A DNA stretch of 64,000 bases from Lama glama (GCA_028534125.1 CM052817.1:60080001-60144000); one strand, 5' to 3'; shown: positions 12,201-25,650, numbered from the stretch's first letter. Numbers and translations: made by a program. The notes: generated by a model from the letters alone, not told the origin.

Positions 12201-13008
12201 CATTTATGATACATGCTTTGAAAATGAGAGGGTTTGAATAATATTTCATTCTAATGGTTTTATATGTTAATTTTACATATTTAACTATCATTCAAGGTTT
12301 TTATAAACTATATGGTATTAATTTTATGTTCATTTTAGTCCCTAGACTTGTGATGTAACCAACTTGTGATGCAATGGCAAGCAGTTAAGGATACTTAAAT
12401 AAATGGAAAGAGAGGCATGTTATAAATAAGATTAAATTCAAACACTAAGAACCCTGACCCATGCAAAAAGGGCAAGATATAATGAAGATAGGGTGTTGGT
12501 ACATAAATGTGAAAATTTAGAAAATTTAGAAAAGGTAGATTTTAGGCTGATGACACTGTTAGAAGACATTATTTAAGGGTTTGAATTGAAAACGAAAAAG
12601 AAAAGCTGTCACTGATGGTAGCAATCAGTATTATATACTTTAGGAGACTGGAAACTCTGAAGTATTTTTGGACTTAAAATGGACGATAGTTGAAATCCTG
12701 TGAGGGGAGGGGAGACCCCTTGTCATTCCTGCTGGATTTAGCCAAAAGCTTAATTAAATAGATTCTAATCAGGCAGCAAATCTAAGGATTATTAAGTTCT
12801 GATCTTTAAAATTAAGATTGGAAGTGCCCTTGAAATGAATAAAAGATAGAACATGAGGTATCTACAAAATAACTGAGGCCTCTGGGAAGCACCTTTCCTT
12901 CAAAGTATAAATATCTGGGTGATTTCCAGTGTTTTGCTCTCACAAGCAAACTTGCTTTAGTGGTACATCAGAACAAGGATTTCTCTAGGGAATGTACCAA
13001 ATAGTGTA

Positions 13009-14135
13009 ATCCATTTATTTATTCAAAAAGTATTTTTTCAGCTCCTGTTGTCTCAGATCCTATTCTAAGCTATTTGGATGAACACAAAAAGACAAAGACT
13101 AGTGAGGTGAGAGGGATGAATAGGTATAGCACAGAGGATTTTTAGGGCAGTGAAAATACTCTGCATGAAACTGTGATGGTGGATACATGTCACTATACAT
13201 TTGTCCAAACCCATAAAATGTACAACACCATGAGTGGATGTTAACTGTGGTCTTTGGGTGAAAATGTCAGTATAGTTTCATCAGTTGTAACAAATGCATC
13301 ACTCTGGTAGAGGATATTGATAATGGGGGAGACTGCATGTGAGTATAAAGGAAAATCTCTACCTTCTGCTCAGTCAGTTTTACTTTGAACCTAAAACTGC
13401 TCTAAAAATTTGTCTATTAAAAAAGACGAAGATCTCAGACATTATGCTGCGTGTATTCTAGCTAATGAAGTCATTACTATCTAAAACAAACATAAAATGT
13501 GTAAATTATATGTTAGAAGATGATATGAAAGTGAAAAGTAGAATGCAAAGAATAGAAAAGCATAAGTGGTGCTGGGAGTAAAAGAGGGGTGAGGAATTTT
13601 AAATAGGGTGAACAGCACAGATCTCATGCAGATTGCATATTAGCAAAAACTTGGTGGAGGTAGGGAGTTATCAGTGTAAATACCTGAAGGAAGAGAATTT
13701 CAGGAGGATGGATTTTCTGGTGAAAAGCTTAAAGAAAAGGGCATGCCTCCTGTGGGGAAAACAGCAAAGAGATCAGAGCACAGTGAGCCAGATGGAGATG
13801 AAGTGGAGGTAACAATAAATGGATCATTTAAACTTTTAGAGTTAATTGTAAAAGCTTTAGATTTTACACTGAGTGAAACAGGGAGACGTTTCAGGGTATT
13901 GATCTGATAAGTATATAATCCTTACATTTTAGCAGAGTCCTTCAGCTACTTCAGAGAATAGAACAGAAGAAGGGGGCAAAACTGCAAGTAGGGGGAATGA
14001 TGTGGAGGTATTACCATCAGCATGGTTAGAGATGGTGGCACTCCCCTGGTGATACAAAGAAGATGTGGTGAATGGTGATTGGATTCTGAGTATCTTTTAA
14101 AGAGAGTTATCAGGATTTTCTGACAGATTGATGCG
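13009..14135 (-). mobile_element. L2 element interrupted by an L1MC insertion
   Basis: ATCCATTTATTTATTCAAAAAGTATT (L2 3' tail in reverse); L2 body motifs resume after 13433 (ATTTTACACTGAGTGAAA, GGATTCTGAGTAT). Confidence 0.7.
13099..13419 (+). mobile_element. L1MC1/2-like 3' end with TSD
   Basis: AGCACAGAGGATTTTTAGGGCAGTGAAA..GAACCTAAAACTGCTCTAAAA; flanked by AAAAAGACAAAGA (13086-13098) and AAAAAGACGAAGA (13420-13432). Confidence 0.85.
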
Positions 14136-14149
14136 TGGTATCAACACTG

Positions 14150-14280
14150 AGCATCATTTGTCTTCCAAATTTTTACTAATTTTATGTGTGAAACATTATA
14201 TACCATTATGACCTTAATTTTCATTTTTCTGATTACAAGGCAAATTGAACATCCTTCCATAAACTATATAGCAATTTACC
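14150..14280 (-). mobile_element. Old L1 ORF2 3' fragment
   Basis: TTAATTTTCATTTTTCTGATTAC..TTGAACATC motif. Confidence 0.5.
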
Positions 14281-14627
14281 TAGGAACTGATTGCTTTTTT
14301 AAGTGACGTGGCTCTTCAGATTTTCTTCTCTTTGCTATCATTGGGAGGTAAAATGGCTTTGTCTTCAGAGATATATTGATTCAACAATAAATGCATTTAT
14401 TATATATTCTCAAAATTTGTGTTAATAGGATATACTGGTTAATATAGGAGACCTAAGCTTTAGACAAAAAGTAATTGTGATGTAATTTTTACCTCAAAAC
14501 TAACTTCTCAGTTAATTACAGGTAATATGGTCAATATAGTTTAATCTTTTCAACATTAGAAAATAAAATGTTTTTAAAAGAACTCTGTATTTTCTTGTTC
14601 TATGTTATTTTCATTTAGAGGCTTTCT

Positions 14628-14868
14628 GGTGGAAAAGTAATCACAGGGACATGGGAGACAGACTGCCTGGATTTGAGTCTTACTTCCTTTACTTCAGATT
14701 TATAATACTTGAGAAAGTTTCTTTCATTCTCTATTCTCAAGTTTACTCATTTGTATAATAGGGAAAATAATAGTATTTGTCTTACATGCTTCTTGTGAGA
14801 TCTGATTATCTTACATGAAATTGCTTAGGGTAATGCTGGTACTTAGTAAATGTTGGTTATGATTATCA
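14628..14868 (+). mobile_element. MIR
   Basis: AGACAGACTGCCTGGATTTGAGTC..CTCAAGTTTACTCATTTGTATAATAGGGAAAATAATAGTA. Confidence 0.7.
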
Positions 14869-14964
14869 TAAGAAAGAAAAAAATGGCATCTTAAATTGCT
14901 GATAATAATTACAGGCTACTAATGAAATGCCCTAAATTAGAAAGGCAGTGTACTTTTCCTTGTA

Positions 14965-15185
14965 AATGAGTGGGTTATGGAGTCTGTCTCAAGAGATTCA
15001 AATTCAGTCCTAACACTTCCCACCAGTTACCTTAACAAATTGCTTAATGTATCAACTCTTCAGTTTCTTAGCTACAGAAAACGGAAAATAGAAAAAACTT
15101 TGTAATAGGGCTGGCATGATCATTTAAAAAATAATTAATGTAAAATCTGAGTATACAATCTGCACATAAAATTAAATGCCAGGTA
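14965..15185 (+). mobile_element. MIR
   Basis: TATGGAGTC..TTCAAATTC..ACCTTAACAAATTGCTTAA..CTTCAGTTTCTT. Confidence 0.55.
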
Positions 15186-17093
15186 AAATTTTAGTAATTA
15201 ATTTCACTTAAAACTTTCAGCTAAATTTCACATACTATTAAATTTTATGTTTTAAATAAAGAACTATATGATACTAACTTCCAGGTGTGCTTTTTTAACC
15301 TGTTAGGAAGTTGAATAATCCATTCCAAAAAGGCATGACAGTAATATGCACAAAATACAAGGGGAAAAAGTAATATTAAACTAGTGGTAAATTATCTGTT
15401 TTATCATGATCATAATGAAAGTGCTAGACCATCACTGAAGTGATAAAATTGCTTAAGGAGTTTCTGGATGTAATATGTGGTATGCTGATACAGAAAAAAC
15501 TCTTTGATAAGGCAGAATTCTGTAGGCAGTGTTAGCTCCATGGTTTTACCCATACTAGGCATCACAATGCTGACTCAAGCAGATAGAATTCCCATGCGCC
15601 ATTTGTCTACATTTAATTGTAACTTACAGGGTTCTTTAGTAAGGAACTTTGTGCAGCATTTGTTGAAATTAGCACTGTAATGAGAAACATGCATCTATAT
15701 GGATATGGTTAAATAAACTCCAGACTGCCTTCTTTCCATAACATCAGAATTTTTCTGCCAGCAGTTCTGCATTCTATGAGCTGTGGGGCCATGGCATGGA
15801 GGCTGTCCAAGACACTTGGCAACCAAGAGCCTCTTTCTACTTGGAGTCTGAGCTGAAAATAGGTTCCTATGTTTCCTCAGAATCATGCATTTGCTGTGTA
15901 ACATTAAGCTCTTCCCTGAACACGTTATTATTTAATTACTTACTGTACAGTATCATATCATACCAGTTATATAAGAACTCCAGGGGATCTCAAGCATGAT
16001 ATTAAAATCATCTCTAAGGTTATGTGGAGTTCACAGTTGTTAAGAAAGAGTGCTTTAGTTGGCTCTTAACTTTTTCCTGTCACTATCACTTTGACATCTT
16101 GTGTGAGGTGCCATTATCCTTGTACAGTTTAGAGTGCTGCTTCACTTCTTGGTCTCTGGGAACTAAGAAAGAATTTCATTATCAAGAAAGAGAAAGAAAA
16201 AGTACTTATTTCTCCCCCAACCCCCCAAATTGAATAACATATATTTTGGGGGAATAAGAGAAATCCTTTTCACTGAATTGTAGAGCCATATAATTCTTGG
16301 AGTTAAAAATTTAAAGATACTATCGAACATGAGTGCATGTTTATGATACTGTAGAATTATAGAGCATAAAGAAGTGTAACCTGTTCAAATATTTACTGTT
16401 TCTTCTTCCTCTGCATAACAGTGAGTGATTGAGGAAAATATGAGTAGAAAATAACCTAACATTTGAATTTGTTTTGAGTGGGAATACCAAGCTAAGAGGG
16501 TATAGGCAGTACTAATCTATGGCCTATAAAGCCAAAAAATGTACTGAAACTTTTAATTCAAGCCATCAGAATTTCGTAACATTTGTTTTTATTGTCATTT
16601 TACTTGCACTTGCTTAATTCTTCTGCAAATAAATAACCTATTGCTGATTTTTTTTAACTTTTCCCTCTCCCTTATTTTCCTGTCTCCTTCTTAGAGATTT
16701 CAGTATCATAAAATTTTGGGAGGTTAGAATAACCAAGCTTTCTTATTTTACAGAAGAGAAGATTATTTCTGTATTAATTCATGCAACAGTTTCCTACCCC
16801 TGGTCAGTGACAGAAATGATCAAGAGGCAGTTTTCTTGATTTTGAATCAAGCATGCTTTCTAGTCTTTTCTAGTCTGTCTGTGATTGTCACATTCTACAG
16901 TTATATCCTGTTTGGTATTTTACCTGAAATGTTTATTATTGTGCCTAATTTATAATTTCAAATGAAGCCTCTCTTCCTTAAGTATTCCTATGGATCTCCT
17001 TCACTGATTAAAATAATTTATAGTTGAGGTGTGAATGCTTTTGGCCACTGAAGGCCACTTATCGTGAATTTGCGATACTGTTAAATTGTTTTT

Positions 17094-17198
17094 AGAATCA
17101 TTAATGAAAATTCATCATTAATGAAAATACTTAGAATCATTAATGAAAATACATAATGAAAATAAAATCATTAATGAAAATAGAATCATTAATAAAAA
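17094..17198. repeat. Minisatellite, about 6 copies of AATCATTAATGAAAAT with variable spacers
   Basis: Repeat units visible directly in the sequence. Confidence 0.9.
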
Positions 17199-18428
17199 TA
17201 TAGTAATGGATAAACCATCTCTATAATGGTTATATATTGAGCTGAAAGTTTGCTTTCTATTATATCTTGATCCCTATTATATGAACATCACTCTCCTACT
17301 TCCTTTACTCTTAGCTCCTTTTCTATGGTGAAAGTCTTAACCATGGATGGTCAAAAAGCAAACAAAGCCATTAGATTAAGATACTGCAAAGTGAGTACAC
17401 CTTTAAGATGAGTGTTTCACAGAGAGCAGAGAATTTAAAGATTTTATAAGAGAAAATGGAACAGGTAAATTGAAGTTTGGTTGATTACTGTTCAAATTCT
17501 CAGAAGATGGAGGGAGGTTTTTTGTTGTTGTTGTTTTTCCATCACAGATCAGGATGTAGGGCTGCTAGACTGGAATAGTCATTTAGAGGACTTGGTTTGG
17601 AAAATTGGGGTTTAGTAAGAGGGGTAAGGAGAAACAATAGTGGACTGAGTTCTTGCCTGACTCAGTGGGAAATATTTCTTCAGATATGAAACATATTTGA
17701 CCTATTTTGGAACTATAGAAACCAACTTCTCTCTTCCTCCTGCAGATTTACAGACTGCCACCCTCCAGTTTTAAGTCCATGAAAAGAAATACTGGGTTTG
17801 GATAGCAAAACACCAAAGAAGACTCTCTTTGTGAATAGCCTGCAGATTTAGATAGGTGGAGTGGTTTCTCACTTACAATCATTTAATAAATTTAATAAAT
17901 AAAACATGTAAATTGAATTATTTATCCTCATTGACAAATAGTTTGCCTAGATGACTCCCTAAACTGCCAAAGATTACCAAAAGGGGAAAAAAAGTTAGCC
18001 TTAAGGTGAAATAAATACTGTCCCAGAAGTAACTGGGTAAGCAGAGGGGGAAAAAGGGAAAGGAAAAGAAAAAAAAATAGAAAAAGGAAGGAACTGAGTA
18101 TTCTCTGTTCTGATATTCTGATATATCGAAACATTATCACTTACATTTAAGTTTCAAAGCACTTAAGGTGAAATGATTAAATCTAATAGAATAATTTAGG
18201 TCAAGAGTGCAACACTTAATGGATTTCCTCCTGCCTTCTTTTTTAAATAGTTATTTTGATGGAGAAAGTAATAGCCTATATCCTTGAATTTAGTTTTTAA
18301 AAGTACTTGTTCAAAGAAGAAATACTACAATTAGGAAATTTTAAAAATGTTTCTTTTCTTAAAGTCCTTATTATTATTATTTTGCTTCAGAACCACTTAT
18401 TTGACACACCACTTCCTATACTTTAAGA

Positions 18429-18492
18429 ATTTCAACCTAGATATTTTGACATTTCAACCTAGATATTTTGATATTTCAACCTAGATATTTTG
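18429..18492. repeat. Tandem repeat, 2.9 x 22 bp ATTTCAACCTAGATATTTTGAY
   Basis: Three near-perfect units at 18429, 18451 and 18473. Confidence 0.95.
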
Positions 18493-19221
18493 GTTTCAGA
18501 CGTATTATCACATATATGTGAAAATAAATCATAATTTTAACATCTTGTCTAATACTTAATTACTGTGTTTTAATTTTATGCAGCATTTAGTGACAGTTGT
18601 GCCTGATGAGCTATTAAAAATGTGTAAATCAAATAGGCTTATATCAAGAAGTACTGAAAAAAATGACAAGACAAACATGTCAACACTGCTATAAATATGG
18701 CTCTAGGATTGAATGCTGTTGGTATTAAAGTCAGTCAGGATTTCCCCTTGTGATGTCTTCCCAGTATTATCATGAATGTGCAGGAATTAAAGACACCAGT
18801 ACCAGGAACTTGGGATTAATTTGCATATATATGTTCCATAAGAGACCTTTGGAGATAATTTCTTAGAATGACAGGCTTCCTTTGAAAGATGAGTTTGTTT
18901 TCAGAGATCCTTCCCTCTTAAAATTTGCATTCATCTGAAAGAACTCTAAATCCTTCTTCCCTGAGGAACCCAGATTCATCAACTACTTTATACAATATTG
19001 TAGTACTCACTGTTGAACTGTTAATTAAGTATATAGGATTGCTGTTCCCACCCATTAGATACAGGACTGCAAACTAACCGTTTTCCTTTTTTGTACTTGG
19101 TCTACGACTAGGGCATAGGGTTACAAAGTCAGCAAGGAATATGCATTTTGTATGCAACTTACATGACCATGAATTAACTGAGATAGAAATTAAAATGTAC
19201 ATTTAAAAAATAACTTATGAG

Positions 19222-19603
19222 TGTTTTCTAGGGCTATCAAAGCAAAATATACACACTGGAAGGCTTAAGTAACAGATACTTATTTTTTCACCATTTTGAA
19301 TGTTTTGAGACCAAGATCAATGTCATCAGTCTTGTTGTCTTCTGACTTTCATGGCCTCTCACCCTTGGCTTGCAGATGGCCACCTTCTTGCTGTGGCCTC
19401 AAATGTCTTTTTCTCTGTAAATATGTATCCCTGATGTCTCTTTGTGTCCAAATTCCTTCTTAGGACACCAGTCAAACTGAATCAGGATCCACCCTAACAA
19501 GCCTCTTTGACGGCCCTATTGCCAGATACAGTCACATTCTGAAGTATTGGAAGTTAGGGCTTCAATGTATGAATCTTAAGTGAACACAATTCAGTCTATA
19601 ACA
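19222..19603 (-). mobile_element. MaLR solo LTR (MLT1A/B-like) with 5-bp TSD
   Basis: TG...CA ends, ATGAG on both sides (19217-19221, 19604-19608), and the motif CTTGGCTTGCAGATGGCCACCTTCTTGCTGTG. Confidence 0.9.
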
Positions 19604-19614
19604 ATGAGGAAGAC

Positions 19615-19830
19615 GTTTCCCAACAGACTAGGTCACATTCTTCTGTTATATGCGCTTAAGTAACCTCTAATTCTCTGTATCATTTAGCACAATTGTATTT
19701 AAACAATTATCCACTCAGCTTTTTAATACCTATTATGCTTAAATAAACATATTTTCTTTCACTGTATCCTTAACACCTTGCATAATCTTTGCACATAGTA
19801 AGACTTTAGTGAATAATATATTTGAATGAA
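19615..19830 (+). mobile_element. L2 3' end
   Basis: TTCACTGTATCC..GCACATAGTAAGAC..TTTGAATGAA. Confidence 0.6.
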
Positions 19831-20709
19831 CAATTTGCTATAATTAATATAATTTTATTTTCATTCTATCTTTAACAATTCCTTCTCATATACCATATTA
19901 TATGATCTTCAGATATGATTCTAATTAGGTAATACCAACACCCTATTTTATATATCAAGAAAGAAAACTAATGTTCTGTAATTTAACTTGAGTAAGTCAG
20001 TTAAGGATACCTGTGGATTAGATATTTGAACCTGAGTTTCTGATTCCTAATACCATTTTTCTAAAATAGAATTTAAAAGTTCTACAGTTGTACTAAACAG
20101 GGAGCTGACATAGCAAAGTAAATGTCAGCAACAAAGAAAATAACATAAATAATATTTAAAATAACATAAAACAAATTAACACAAAATTTTTTAAAAGGAA
20201 GAAAGAAATACAGGTAACATACCTAGTGAAAGCAACCTGAGAAGGTGCCTGCAGGATGAGAAATAATAATGTTGGAGCAAGGAAGTAAAGTTATAAATGA
20301 ATCAATGTTGTGAATTTATCCAAGATGCTAAAATAACAGTGTAAGCGAGTAGCTCATATATCAGTGAAACTCATATGTCAATGAATAGGGCATATCAATT
20401 GAGGGAGAAGTTTACTTTGCATAGATATGGTTTAGAACAACAACAAAGTATTTTTATATTGCTGCCCTTTACAGACTGTTAGAATTAGTATCATAATAAC
20501 TTGATACTTGTAAGCATTCATAAATAAAGTATTAAGTGTAATGGGAAGACTATTACCCTCAATATGTAACAGGGGAGGTAAAAGTCTAGAAAGGCATGAA
20601 GCCAGACAGCAAGTTCTGGTACACTGGACTGTCAGGATTCAGAGGTGATGTTTAGGTCACTCTTGGCCAGATGTAGACACAAATTGTTTCCCAAATGTTT
20701 CCCACATAA

Positions 20710-20960
20710 TAGCATGATGGTCAAAGTCCTAAATTGAAGTCTTAAAACACAGAAAAAATGATTTAGATCTGAATAATGGCCCCACTTTTTATTAACTGTA
20801 ACTTTGCTTGATTACTTAACCTCTCTTAGATTCAGTTTTCTCATCTGGTAACAGTGATAACCAAGTGCCTACCTTGAATGGTTGTTGCATTGGTTAGAAT
20901 ACATATAAAATTGTATGCACATAAAATTCCTAGCTATCTCCTGATTTATTATTATTATTA
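20710..20960 (+). mobile_element. MIR
   Basis: TTACTTAACCTCTCT..TCAGTTTTCTCATCTG..CCTACCT..GGTTGTTG. Confidence 0.65.
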
Positions 20961-21564
20961 CAAAAGGGAAAATACAAGCTTTTTTCACTAATGCATATTA
21001 TCCAAAGATGCATTACAATGTTGTACTTCATGCAACATGTCGTCTCTAAGAAATACTGAACCAAGTGAGGCACATGAGTGAGCTCCTGAGAAATACATCC
21101 AACACATACTGTCGCATTCAAGTGCTAGAAGTATTTCCCAATGCATCATCTCCTTGTCAGTTATTTATCCGGTGAATCACTTCTAGACTTGTAATGCATC
21201 TTGTTTTAAAAGTTTAACATATGTTCATAATGTTATGCTAAGTTTATTGCATATTAACCATATGGATACATTTTTTTATTTCTTTATGCAAGTAATTGAT
21301 TTGTACAGTAATCTGAGCAAAACATTTCTGCTTCTGTCTTCGATTCTTGAAATCCAAATTTGGTTTAAAAATTGCATATGAATAATTAAAACCTCTATTT
21401 TGGCATGTAAATTTTTGTTTTCTTTTAAAACATATTGTTCTGTTTTCAAATCAATTTCTTCACTTAAACTGCATACCTTGACCATATTTACACATGAATA
21501 TTCATTTATAAAATAATTTAATTGAAAAAAGTATAAGCATATGGTAAATTTAGTGCATAAATAT

Positions 21565-21785
21565 TATAGGCTAACTTACAGAGCTTAAATAAGTGTCAAA
21601 CACTTTTCTGTCACCTTACATGTATTAACTCATGTAACCTTCAAAACAACCAAAAAAAGGCAGATTTTTTTATTATCATCACTTTATAGATCAGGAAGCT
21701 GAGACTGAAGAAAATTAAACAACAATCTCTAGGTAACAAAGGTAGTATGGAACATAGCCAAGTTTTAAACCTGGGTAATCTTTCT
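21565..21785 (-). mobile_element. MIR
   Basis: TTACATGTATTAACTCATGTAACC..ACTTTATAGATCAGGAAGCTGAGACT. Confidence 0.7.
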
Positions 21786-21847
21786 CCATTGTCCATGTCC
21801 AAAAAGTTATGCAATGGATATCATCTTGTTCCTTTTAGTCCCTTAAT

Positions 21848-21932
21848 TATATATATATACATACACACACACACACACACACGTACACACACACACACAT
21901 ATACGCACATACACATATATATGTATATATAT
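21848..21932. repeat. Compound (TA)n/(CA)n microsatellite
   Basis: Visible directly in the sequence. Confidence 0.95.
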
Positions 21933-21939
21933 AAAATTT

Positions 21940-24900
21940 TACTAATTTTATGCTGTCAAATATGCTAGTGTTTTCATTGTAGTTTCTGTTTTACTTGTCT
22001 TGTCCCAAGGTTACAATTCTCCTGTTTTTCTTTTAATCATTTTATGATTGTGCTTTTTAAAAAAGATAGACTTCATTTGTCAGACTAGTTTTAGGTTCAC
22101 AGCAAAATTGAAAAGAAAGTACAGAGAGTTCCCATAGACACCCTTCCCTCATTCAGCTACAGCCTCCCCCACTATCAACAGTCCCTGCCAGAGTGGTACA
22201 TTGTGACAGTTAATGAACCTACCTTGACACATCACACCAAACCCATATTTTACAATAGGGTTCAATTTTGGTTTTGTACATTTTAGCAGTTTTGAGAAAG
22301 GTGTAATCACATGTATTTATCACATAGTGTATCATGCAGAATTGTTTGTCACTGTCCTAAAAAATCTGTGCTCTGTCCATTTATCCCTCTTTCTCCTCTA
22401 ACACTTTCCTAGCTATGTTTTATGTTATAATATCTTTACTCTTACATGGGATGGTATCATAGTCACTGTTGTTGCCAGAAAATCCAGTGATATACCATTA
22501 GATGAACAGTCCATTGCAACAGTATCATTTATTACATAATTAATCCTGACGTATACTGAATCTACTTGTGAGCGCCTATTTATTCTCTTTCCTGTCTCTA
22601 TTTTGTTTTTAATTCTCCTGAGAATGCAATACTGTTTTGGTTGTAGTAGCTTTATAGTAAGTTTTCAAATAAAGTAGAGAAAATGGCTCTATAGTATTCT
22701 CCCTTTGAGAAAACAACTTCAAAATTCTTTCCCATTTCTATTAATAAAATTAACTTTGAAATACTATTCTAATCTCATCACACATGTAAATTCACGTACA
22801 AACTCATTGATATTTTGTTTGGAATTGGTGTAAAATTAAACATCACTTTTGGAGCATTGACATTTAGATTTTTTGCTCTGATATTTTGGGTATTGCCACA
22901 AACATGAATGAGATTTAATTCTGATTTTCATTTTTAATGCATATATAATAAAATACATATATACTGTATGCATAGGTTTACACACACATATACTATATTC
23001 ATACAAATGCTATATTCCTGTTTTTCTATGTAAGTATCTTTGTTTTGGATGAGGGATTTGAATGTTAGTGGTGTATATCATGTCATCAGAAAATTAAAGG
23101 TAATTTTTCTTCTTTTCAATATTTATACTGCTTGTTTTCTTGAGTTGTTGGATTTGATAGAATTTCCCAGAGTTTTAAACAATCATCAAGTCCTAGCATT
23201 CCTGTTTTTGTCATGATTTTTTTGTTTTTCGCAATGCTTTTAACATTTTGGAATTTACCATGAGTTTATGTAAAACAAAGTTTAAAAAATCATATATAAC
23301 AATTTTTGTTAATTTTTAAAATCTGTTTTACTTAGAACTTATTAAAATTATGACTAGCTGTTGAATTTTATCTAATATAAAACATATTTTACAAGTACAG
23401 ATGTTCATCCTTAAAATTATTGCTGCATGAAAATATATTCAGGAAATTCTTAATACTGAACAAAGCTTGCGTTGGGGCTTAAATCTGTTTGGCTGTGTTG
23501 CATTATTCTAATGCACTTCTGGGATGGACTTGTAGTATTTTATTCAGAATTTTTTCATCTACATTAATATATGACCACAGCCTGTAAATGCTTTTTTCCT
23601 ATTTTATTTGATGTTATTAGGGCTTTAAAATAATTTAGGAATCTTTTCATCTCTTTAAAAATATTTTGAGTAAGTTTGACTATCATGAGGCTCACCTCTT
23701 CCTTAAACATTGGTTAGGACTCTGCTATGAAACCACAGAGTAATTTTGGCTCTATGCTATTGATAGATTTTTTTTCCTTGTTGTTCACTTTTCCATAGTT
23801 TATAACTTCCATTTTGTTTTACTCCTTTGATCTGCTGGTTATTTAGAGGCATAATTATTAAATTCCAAGAGGCTTTTAAATATTTTTATTTTGTTACATG
23901 ATCAAAGAATTAAACTGAAAATAAATAAATTTTGGAATTATTTAAAGTGTTTGTGGTCAAATATGCAGTTGTTTTTCTAAATATGTAGTGGTCATGAAAG
24001 CCATAAGATTCCAAATATAGCAATTAAAAGATGTTGTTTATTATTAAAATTATATAATTTTACTTTTTATTTAAAAAACTGAAATGATGTATTCAGGCAA
24101 TTATTTTGGCTCTGTCACAATCTCATATCGGGGTATTTTCATCTCAAGTTTTTCATCATTATGTTTGATATACAACAATAATGATTTTTATATTCTTTCA
24201 GAATTATATATTTTATTATTGCAAACTATTTATTTATTTGTTTGTTTGTTTGTTTTTGACTCTGGGCTTATATACTAAGTTACCTAACACTTTTACCTCT
24301 CTTTCTGCTCTCTTTCATACTTCTTTATCTTAAATTGGTCTTATATCATCATCATCCTTTTATTTTCATTCTATGATTTGTGTTTTGGGTATGATTTTAT
24401 AAATAGCCACTGGCTAGATTTTGACTTTGCATCTTTATTTTTAATGGGGTTACTTACAGCATTTATATTTATTGAAAAATAATATTTTGCTGTTATTCCT
24501 TTCATTATGTTTTCTTGATAGAGAAAAAAATTGCCATTTTCTTTTACTTAATTTTGTTGTTTCATCACCTTCATTTTGATGACTTTCATTCTAACAGTTA
24601 TGTTTAAATCTAGATTTCTGTACTGAAATATAAAAGTGAAAAAATTCACTGTGCCTGCCAAGGTATTTGAAATGCTCATTTCCCTCATCAAGATAGAAAG
24701 TTTAGATGCTTCAATCCTAACTCTCTTTCTTCTCCTACTTCTGAATTCTGTTAAATAGTTTTAAAGTACAGCTTCAAACTATTATTAAGTCTTCCTAGAA
24801 TAATAGTAAGATATATTTACTATATTTTATAAATTCCTTACTTAGTATGTATATTACAGATCTCAGTGACATTCTCATCAATTTATATTTAACTAGGAAT

Positions 24901-25110
24901 TATATAAAATGTATCACTTACTGCTGTTATGATATTCATCATCTTTCATTATCTTAACCTAATTTTTGTGTGTGGAAAATAATACTGCGTTATTTATCTT
25001 AAATATAGGTAGGGATGGTATATTTTATGTATTCATTGCATGTGAAAACAAGTCTTTTTCCCTTTCATGAAAGTGATATTTTGGCTAGTGTGCTGAATAA
25101 CTTTCATTTT
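21940..25110 (-). mobile_element. Highly decayed ancient L1 (L1ME/HAL1-like) body
   Basis: Long T-rich tract with antisense L1 motifs (GTAGCTTTATAGTAAGTTTT, TTGTTTGGAATTG, TGTTGAATTTTATC, TTTTCATCTACATT, ATTTTGGCTAG). Confidence 0.6.
22053..22405 (-). mobile_element. L1MC1-like 3' end nested in the older L1
   Basis: AGTTTTAGGTTCACAGCAAAATTG..CACTGTCCTAAAAAATCTGTGCTCTG; reverse homolog of the copies at 13099 and 29050. Confidence 0.8.
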
Positions 25111-25124
25111 ACTTTATGAATACT

Positions 25125-25460
25125 CCTACACCTCTTTCTTCTTTGCGCTGTGCCCTGGAAAGGTGTACTATATGGACTACAACAATAGGATTTTGCTCTT
25201 TGGCATCCTGAATATTTTGCCAAGGGAAGAACATGAAATCGGGAATTTTTTCTTTTAGCTTTTTCTCTGTGGATCACTGTCACTTGGCTGTTTTCTGGCT
25301 GGAAATTATAACATTCATCGTGAGGCCCTCTGTACACAGTTGTTTCTTCTAGATTCTAGGAACTACTCTCTCCCATCAGTCCTTCAGACCTAAGAGGTAA
25401 CCATTTCCTGGGGTACTGAACTATGTTTTGTGGTTTTTCTTACATCTGCCCACCCATTTT
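25125..25460 (+). mobile_element. ERVL LTR (LTR33-like)
   Basis: CTGTGCCCTGGAAAGG..TATGGACT, GGCCCTCT..ACACAG, CCTTCAGACCTAAGAGGTAAC, GGGGTACTG..TGTGGTTT..CTGCCCAC. Confidence 0.65.
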
Positions 25461-25487
25461 TTTTTTTTTACCAGTTTAATAAGAGCT

Positions 25488-25650
25488 ATTTTTTAACACC
25501 TTTATTGTGGTATGGTTCCTGAACAGTAAACTGTACATGTTTCAGATGTACAATTTGATGAATTTTGATAGATTTATATATATACCAATGAAACCACTAC
25601 CACAATCAAGATAACTAACATTTTCAACACTTTCCACAGAGATTCCTGAC
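25488..25650 (-). mobile_element. Old L1 3' end
   Basis: TGTACAATTTGATGAATTTTGA..GAAACCACTACCACAATCAAGATA. Confidence 0.7.

Noticed and set aside
18429..18492. CRISPR-like direct repeats (also 17094-17198)
   Set aside because: No unique spacers, no cas genes, and a mammalian context; ordinary tandem repeats.
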